From: Imperialibacter sp. | GTDB lineage: Bacteria; Bacteroidota; Bacteroidia; Cytophagales; Cyclobacteriaceae | NCBI RefSeq assembly: GCF_048007035.1 | Contig: NZ_CP180355.1 | Span: 1,387,824 to 1,451,823, forward strand | DNA: 64,000 bases | Reading direction: 5' to 3' | Part shown: positions 59,050 to 64,000 of the stretch, in pieces | Layout: every line of letters starts with the position of its first letter | Numbering within the stretch: the stretch's first letter is position 1 | Position numbers and translations under genes: made by a program | Notes under the pieces: model-generated | What the model saw: only the letters and a program-made list of their open reading frames with translations | The model's database searches: none | What the model was told of the DNA's origin: nothing

Positions 59050-59511
59050 TCAGTTCGCCGGCCCTACCATCACAGCATCCTTCAGAATATACATCAGCTG
59101 GTTGTAATCCGTTTCATTCAGCTCAAGTTTACCTCTCACCTTTATTCCGTTGGCTGTATACTTAATTGGCTCCTTAAGATAAATTTCAATCACCGATTCA
59201 GGGCCACCGCTGCCGCAGAAAAAGCACGCAGCAACAGGCAGCGACGACAGAATGATATGATCCGGCTTAAACATCCCATCGAAAGGTATGATATAACCCG
59301 GAAGCTCAATTTCCTTGCCTGCAAGTTTTTGAATCTCATCACCAAACACCGGAATGCTCAGCTCTCCATATTCGTCTTTACCTACCTTGTAAGTTACCTT
59401 AGCCAGGGTAGCCCAGTTGGCTGTAGCCAGCGATTTATTGTTGTCCTGCGCATGCGACAAATACGACATGCCAACGATAAGAAAAGCCACTGCGATCAAT
59501 ATTCTCTTCAT
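59050..59511 (-). CDS. DUF3299-like secreted protein, an accessory to the FtsX-type ABC exporter
   Basis: A signal peptide is present. The 153-aa ORF sits immediately downstream of the FtsX permease gene, with a 3-bp gap. Confidence 0.4.
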   Translation of the reverse strand: MKRILIAVAFLIVGMSYLSHAQDNNKSLATANWATLAKVTYKVGKDEYGELSIPVFGDEIQKLAGKEIELPGYIIPFDGMFKPDHIILSSLPVAACFFCGSGGPESVIEIYLKEPIKYTANGIKVRGKLELNETDYNQLMYILKDAVMVGPAN

Positions 59512-59514
59512 AAT

Positions 59515-60765
59515 TTATGCTCCTTTAGCAAGTACCTCAGAAATGTCAGTCTTATAGGCATTGATAGCCGGAATAAGAGAAGCTATCACTCCCAGAAGTA
59601 AACTTATATATAATATGTAAAGTTCGGAAGGCAAAAATACAAGGCCGGTGATGCCAGCAGACGATCCTTTTAAAATGTACTGCGCAAGTATTTCTACTAC
59701 CCCATGACCCAGCACAAAGCCAACCCCGGCTCCCAGCAACGTAATGATAACGCCCTCCATGACAATGTGAATGAATAGCCTGAGCCTCGATGCGCCCAAC
59801 GACCGCATGATGGCCAGATCATACTGCCTTTCCTTCAACGAGTTGTACAGTGCTATAAAAATGCTTAACCCAGCCATTGCTATGATCAGGTAGGCAAAGC
59901 CCTGCACCACATCGACCCCTATGCCAATCAATGAGAAAAGCCTGGCAGTTTCGAAGGCCGGTGAAGCAGCCTGCATGCTGCTTTGGGTATTCACCATGCG
60001 GGGAAGCTGAACGGCCGCCATCGGGCCCCTATACTGCACCAGCAATGAGGTCACCTCTTTTTCTTCGAGCTGCTCCGATGTGACTGGTATTCCCAAAACT
60101 TCCATTGCCGCCGTATCCGGCAAGTTCTCATGCCCGTCCTCTGCTTCATCATGGCCATGCATCAGCCATACACTTGGAATACTTGTTAAAATAAGGTTGT
60201 CCACCACCTTACCCGTGGGCTGTAGTATTCCCACTACCTTATAGGCATGAGCGTCATGCGCCTCTCCCCCATCAGCCATGCCGTGTTCTCCAAAAAAGGT
60301 ATCGCCAACTGCCAGGCTCAACGTTTGTGCGGCAGCTGCCCCGAGTGTTACTTCGTAGTCGCCCGCCCAGAGTGCTCCATCATCAAGGGCCAAGCCGTAC
60401 AGCTCAGCAAATCCCGTGGTCGAGCCCACAATTCTTAAAGATTTGTAGCTATCCCCCAGCGCCAGTGGAATCACGTTTTTTACCAGCCTGTTCCTGGCGA
60501 GTTTTGCAGCTTCATTAAGAGGTATGTTCCCCGTTGGGTAGTCGATATGGTAGATGCTTCCGAGTATTATTTGAAGAGGGCTGCCTTTGGCCCCCACCAC
60601 AAGATCAATTCCGCTGGCATTTTCCGAGAGCTTTTCCTGCACCTGCTGACTTACAAGGAGCAAAACGACAATAATGCCTATTCCGAACGACAGCAATAGC
60701 ACGTTGAGCGCTGTACTCAGCGGCTTGCCTTTTATGTACTTCCAGCTTAAAACAAAAAGGTTCAT
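59515..60765 (-). CDS. ABC transporter permease, FtsX/MacB/LolE family
   Basis: There is an N-terminal TM helix, a large periplasmic domain and a C-terminal three-TM FtsX domain. Confidence 0.8.
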   Translation of the reverse strand: MNLFVLSWKYIKGKPLSTALNVLLLSFGIGIIVVLLLVSQQVQEKLSENASGIDLVVGAKGSPLQIILGSIYHIDYPTGNIPLNEAAKLARNRLVKNVIPLALGDSYKSLRIVGSTTGFAELYGLALDDGALWAGDYEVTLGAAAAQTLSLAVGDTFFGEHGMADGGEAHDAHAYKVVGILQPTGKVVDNLILTSIPSVWLMHGHDEAEDGHENLPDTAAMEVLGIPVTSEQLEEKEVTSLLVQYRGPMAAVQLPRMVNTQSSMQAASPAFETARLFSLIGIGVDVVQGFAYLIIAMAGLSIFIALYNSLKERQYDLAIMRSLGASRLRLFIHIVMEGVIITLLGAGVGFVLGHGVVEILAQYILKGSSAGITGLVFLPSELYILYISLLLGVIASLIPAINAYKTDISEVLAKGA

Positions 60766-60773
60766 ATCTCTAT

Positions 60774-61418
60774 TTAAAGCTTGAGTTGGTGCGGGAATCG
60801 ACTCTTCACCCTTTGGTCGTGTGTAGCAATAACGAGCGTAGCATTATACACATTTGCCTGTTCTTCAAGGATATTCAAAACCTTTTCGCTGTTATCGTCA
60901 TCCAAACTGGCAGTCGGTTCATCCGCCAGAATCACTTGTGGTTTGTTTAATACAGCCCTTGCTATCGCTATTCGCTGGGCTTCTCCCTGACTTAGCTCAT
61001 AAACCTTCGCATTTCTTCTATCCGACAGGTTAAGAACATCAAGCACATCCCGTATCCTTTTTTTGTCCTGAGGGAGCTCAGCCATATACTGAGCAAGCAG
61101 CAAATTGTCCTCAACTGTTAATACACTCAGCAGGTGAGGCTTTTGGAAAATAAGCCCAATATGCTTACCTCTGAACACATCCATTCTATGACCTCCGAAT
61201 TCAGAAAGTACCTGATCTGCTGCCTTCACAATACCGCCTGTTGGCGTTCGAAGCCCGGCCAGCAAATGAAGCAAAGTCGTTTTGCCACACCCCGACCCGC
61301 CCAGAATCAGGCTATGCTTCCCCTGCTCAACTTCCCAGTCAGGAAATGCGAGGCGCTTGTCTGGCCCATAGGTGTAAATAACGCTTTGTACGCTTATCAT
61401 AAAACTAAGTCGAGTCAA
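60774..61418 (-). CDS. ABC transporter ATP-binding protein (LolD/MacB-NBD-like)
   Basis: Walker A GGSGCGKTTLL, the signature LSQGEAQR and Walker B ILADEPTASLD are present. Confidence 0.85.
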   Translation of the reverse strand: MTRLSFMISVQSVIYTYGPDKRLAFPDWEVEQGKHSLILGGSGCGKTTLLHLLAGLRTPTGGIVKAADQVLSEFGGHRMDVFRGKHIGLIFQKPHLLSVLTVEDNLLLAQYMAELPQDKKRIRDVLDVLNLSDRRNAKVYELSQGEAQRIAIARAVLNKPQVILADEPTASLDDDNSEKVLNILEEQANVYNATLVIATHDQRVKSRFPHQLKL

Positions 61419-61684
61419 AAATAGAGGTTAATATGTTAGCCCGAAACGATGCTTTACGAAGTTCGCAGAGAATGTGCTGAGTGGTCGTTGAAGTAGCTTT
61501 TACCTGCAATTTGAAACTTTCTCACACCTTTCCGGCAAAACTTTCACTCTTCGCTCTCAACAAAAAGCTGGTTTTTAAGGCTTTCATTAAAGAAATGACC
61601 GAATAGCTAATTAGTCAAGATGTTGTCAGCCGTGTAAGTAATGAAGAAATTATTCACAGTTCAATCACCCTTCTCACAATACCT

Positions 61685-62050
61685 TTGAACCTGAAAGTTA
61701 TGGAAATGAACACGAATAATTTTAGTCAGGTACTGGAGCTTGGAAAAGATGATGAATCATTCATCAACACATTTATTGATCAAAGCACGCAAGAATTGGC
61801 AAACTATTTGTCTTGCATCAGAGAGGGAGTAGAAACAAAAAATATGTATTGGCTGAACTTCATCAAACACAAATCAAAAACTCTGCTTGAACTACTAAGC
61901 GATGAAGCGGCTTCAAAGAAAATATCGACAATCTCAGAGCTTGCCAGCCAGGGTCAGTGGGAGCTGGATCATCAACTTAGCTCCCTTGAAACCGAAATAT
62001 ATCAGCTCATAGAAAGTATCAACACACAACTTAAAACTCAGGAGGTATAA
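61685..62050 (+). CDS. Hypothetical helical protein
   Basis: The 121-aa ORF is preceded by a 266-bp intergenic region. No domain was recognised. Confidence 0.35.
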   Translation: MNLKVMEMNTNNFSQVLELGKDDESFINTFIDQSTQELANYLSCIREGVETKNMYWLNFIKHKSKTLLELLSDEAASKKISTISELASQGQWELDHQLSSLETEIYQLIESINTQLKTQEV

Positions 62051-62051
62051 A

Positions 62052-62144
62052 ATGACAATCTTATTCGCATTCATAGGAATGGTTTTACCAATGATCGGCT
62101 TTTTTCTCAACGACTTTTTATCTGAAAGAAAATCAGCTCGTTAA
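62052..62144 (+). CDS. Candidate 30-aa hydrophobic small membrane protein
   Basis: The sequence MTILFAFIGMVLPMIGFFLNDFLSERKSAR is a single predicted TM helix. GGAGGT lies 6 nt upstream. The ORF starts 1 nt after the upstream stop codon. Confidence 0.25.
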   Translation: MTILFAFIGMVLPMIGFFLNDFLSERKSAR

Positions 62145-62660
62145 TCGTTTTATTTGACGTGCGTGGTGGTCGAAATGACTGATCATAAATTTGATCGTCT
62201 GCTGCATATCGAGCCGCCCAATAATGGGATGCTTGAAAAGCTGCCAGCCAAACTGATGTTCGTCGAGGCGATCAATAAGCTTCAAGAAGCCCTCATCAGA
62301 CCGATCCCAGTCTTCTTTGATTTCTTCCAGCGCCAACTTCTCAGGAAACACATCTAGTCCTTTAGGGGCTTTGAACTTTAGGGGTGACCTCAAAGTAATT
62401 TCGAGCAACAACAACTTTGCACCTGAGAGAAAAGGGGAGTTTGCAAGCCCATCCGGCGAAAACGATAATTTTTTTTCAATGTAGCGCAGCGTTCCAGCCT
62501 CAGACGCCCTCACATGATAAAGAATTTGCAGTATGCTCCACTTTCCTTCCGCAGGTGATCGGTTCAACAAGCCCGCATCTGCCGACGCAACTATTTCAAT
62601 TAGCTGCTTCCTTTTCTGTTGCAATACCTCAAATTGCTTCTTTAGCTTTTCTTTCTTCAT
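62133..62660 (-). CDS. DinB/YfiT-family four-helix-bundle protein
   Basis: DinB_2-type His motifs are present (ILYHVRASE ... ISHFDHHARQI). The start is taken at the internal Met (MKKEKLKK). The ORF track extends to 62732. Confidence 0.65.
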   Translation of the reverse strand: MKKEKLKKQFEVLQQKRKQLIEIVASADAGLLNRSPAEGKWSILQILYHVRASEAGTLRYIEKKLSFSPDGLANSPFLSGAKLLLLEITLRSPLKFKAPKGLDVFPEKLALEEIKEDWDRSDEGFLKLIDRLDEHQFGWQLFKHPIIGRLDMQQTIKFMISHFDHHARQIKRLTS

Positions 62661-62874
62661 AAAAAACGGGTGGTCATTCGCTGCTGAGTTCGGGATAGTC
62701 CCTTTTTGACGCAATTTAAATCCGGAACCCAAAAGACTGCATTCGTAGGAGTTTTGAGTAACCGTAAAAAAAAACGGGTCATTTACTCATAATACACTAA
62801 ATTTGGGCAAATTTTATCTAAATCACCTGCATAGTTATTATAACAAAAAAATTACCCGGCATTGAAGGCCTTCT

Positions 62875-64000
62875 ATGCATATACTTGATATAATCGCAAT
62901 TTTTGTCTGCCTGGCAGGCATCTTTATATACGTAAACACATACTTCATCAAATTGCCCTCTTCCATTGGGCTGATGTTAATGGCGCTTTGCCTGTCCTTT
63001 TGCATTTTAGTGGCTGGCTGGCTGTTCCCCGATTTCATCATAGGCACCGAGCGTGTCATGGAAAATTACGACTATTCCGATGTCCTCTATCAGGTAGTTC
63101 TCATTTTCATGCTCTTTGCCGGAGCGCTCCAAATCGATTTCAAAAAGCTGGCTCAGGAAAAATGGCCCGTTCTAATTTTAGCCACGGCAAGCATTTTTAT
63201 TTCAACAGTTATCGTCGGCATTGGCATTTTCTATATTCTTAAATTCGCAGGCATCCATCTTGACCTGATCTATTGCCTGGTCTTTGGTGCCCTGATATCA
63301 CCCACCGACCCTATTGCGCTCACATCAACTATAAAGAAGTATAACTTGTCCAACAGACTTGCGATACAAGTATCGGGCGAGTCACTTTTTAATGACGGAG
63401 TGGCCGTTGTATTGGCGCTAACGCTACTTGACCTGGCCCACACTGGCGAAGACCACAGAATCAGCTTCTGGGATGTCGGCTTTGTATTTTCGCTTGATGT
63501 TGGGGGTGGAATCATACTTGGGCTTATCCTTGGCTTTGTCGGCTACAGGCTACTTAAATACATCGACAACGACCAATCGGAACTGGAGATCCTGGTCACA
63601 CTGGCGCTGGTGCTAACGGGAGCGCAAATTGCTACAATGCTCCACATCTCCGCCAAACAGGCTGCAGTGGTAGCCGGGCTAATTATAGGAAACGAGGGGC
63701 GTGGAAACTATATCACCAGCGTCACCAGCGACTACGTGTTTAAGTTTTGGAGTTTGATGGAGGAGTCTCTAAATGCCATGCTTTTTGTGTTAATCGGGCT
63801 CGAAATGTTGGTCATCACCATTCGTCTCGACTATTTCGCAGCTGGCTTTTTTGCTTTTACATTGATATTGGTAGCACGGTTTATCAGCGTGGGAATCCCC
63901 ATCAAGCTCATGTCAACTTTCGACCAACACCATTTCGAAAAACACTCCGTGACAATCATGACCTGGGGCGGGCTCCGGGGGGGCATACCTATTGCACTGT
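62875..64000 (+). CDS. Na+/H+ antiporter, CPA1 (NhaP-type) family. It is 5'-complete and the 3' end lies beyond the window.
   Basis: Translation from the ATG at 62875 is MHILDIIAIFVCLAGIFIYVN...LISPTDPIALTSTIKK...GESLFNDGVAVVLAL, which gives the CPA1 signature. It was missing from the ORF track because the ORF is open at the window edge. Confidence 0.8.
   Translation, partial: MHILDIIAIFVCLAGIFIYVNTYFIKLPSSIGLMLMALCLSFCILVAGWLFPDFIIGTERVMENYDYSDVLYQVVLIFMLFAGALQIDFKKLAQEKWPVLILATASIFISTVIVGIGIFYILKFAGIHLDLIYCLVFGALISPTDPIALTSTIKKYNLSNRLAIQVSGESLFNDGVAVVLALTLLDLAHTGEDHRISFWDVGFVFSLDVGGGIILGLILGFVGYRLLKYIDNDQSELEILVTLALVLTGAQIATMLHISAKQAAVVAGLIIGNEGRGNYITSVTSDYVFKFWSLMEESLNAMLFVLIGLEMLVITIRLDYFAAGFFAFTLILVARFISVGIPIKLMSTFDQHHFEKHSVTIMTWGGLRGGIPIAL

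Noticed and set aside
1-64000. CRISPR arrays, tRNA, rRNA, tmRNA, RNase P RNA, insertion sequences, integrases and phage genes
   Set aside because: There are no regularly spaced direct repeats, no cloverleaf-like or tmRNA-tag signatures in the intergenic regions, and no transposase- or integrase-like ORFs.

Overview
The window looks like a Bacteroidota chromosome segment (Cytophagia/Flavobacteriia-like, about 47% GC). It has lipoprotein signals, TonB/SusC-style outer-membrane proteins and no obvious Shine-Dalgarno dependence. It starts in dxr (partial) and runs through a GH3-family gene, an HtrA-like protease, dnaA on the minus strand followed by an AT-rich intergenic region, and the methylmalonyl-CoA mutase genes mutA and mutB. 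A three-gene periplasmic module sits between mutB and meaB: a 1407-aa signal-peptide TPR-CHAT protease, a secreted FecR-like protein and a CHASE2-only membrane protein with no output domain. Next comes a divergent vitamin-B12 uptake locus. A cobalamin riboswitch is visible on the minus strand upstream of a btuB-like TonB-dependent receptor, a BtuG-like beta-propeller lipoprotein and a DUF2807 protein. On the other strand are a Cys-rich small protein, a BtuFCD-like ABC importer and an outer-membrane repeat protein. Further on are an FAD-oxidoreductase and membrane polyferredoxin pair, an NfeD-flotillin operon with a palindromic upstream site, an NSS transporter, a YceI-porin-YceI cluster, an amidase, two formylglycine-type sulfatases and an AraC regulator. 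After these come a DHFR-family protein, a DUF1801 protein, a large IPT/TIG-SBBP surface protein and an MntA-HepT toxin-antitoxin pair. The last stretch holds a GT2/GT2/membrane/periplasmic-rhodanese/DUF2064 cluster, a Crp/Fnr regulator, a MOSC protein, a HemJ-SCO1-cytochrome c operon, a DUF3299-FtsX-ABC exporter, a DinB-family protein and a partial Na+/H+ antiporter. No CRISPR array, rRNA, tRNA or obvious mobile element was seen. All calls come from reading the translated ORFs and the sequence. No database search was run.
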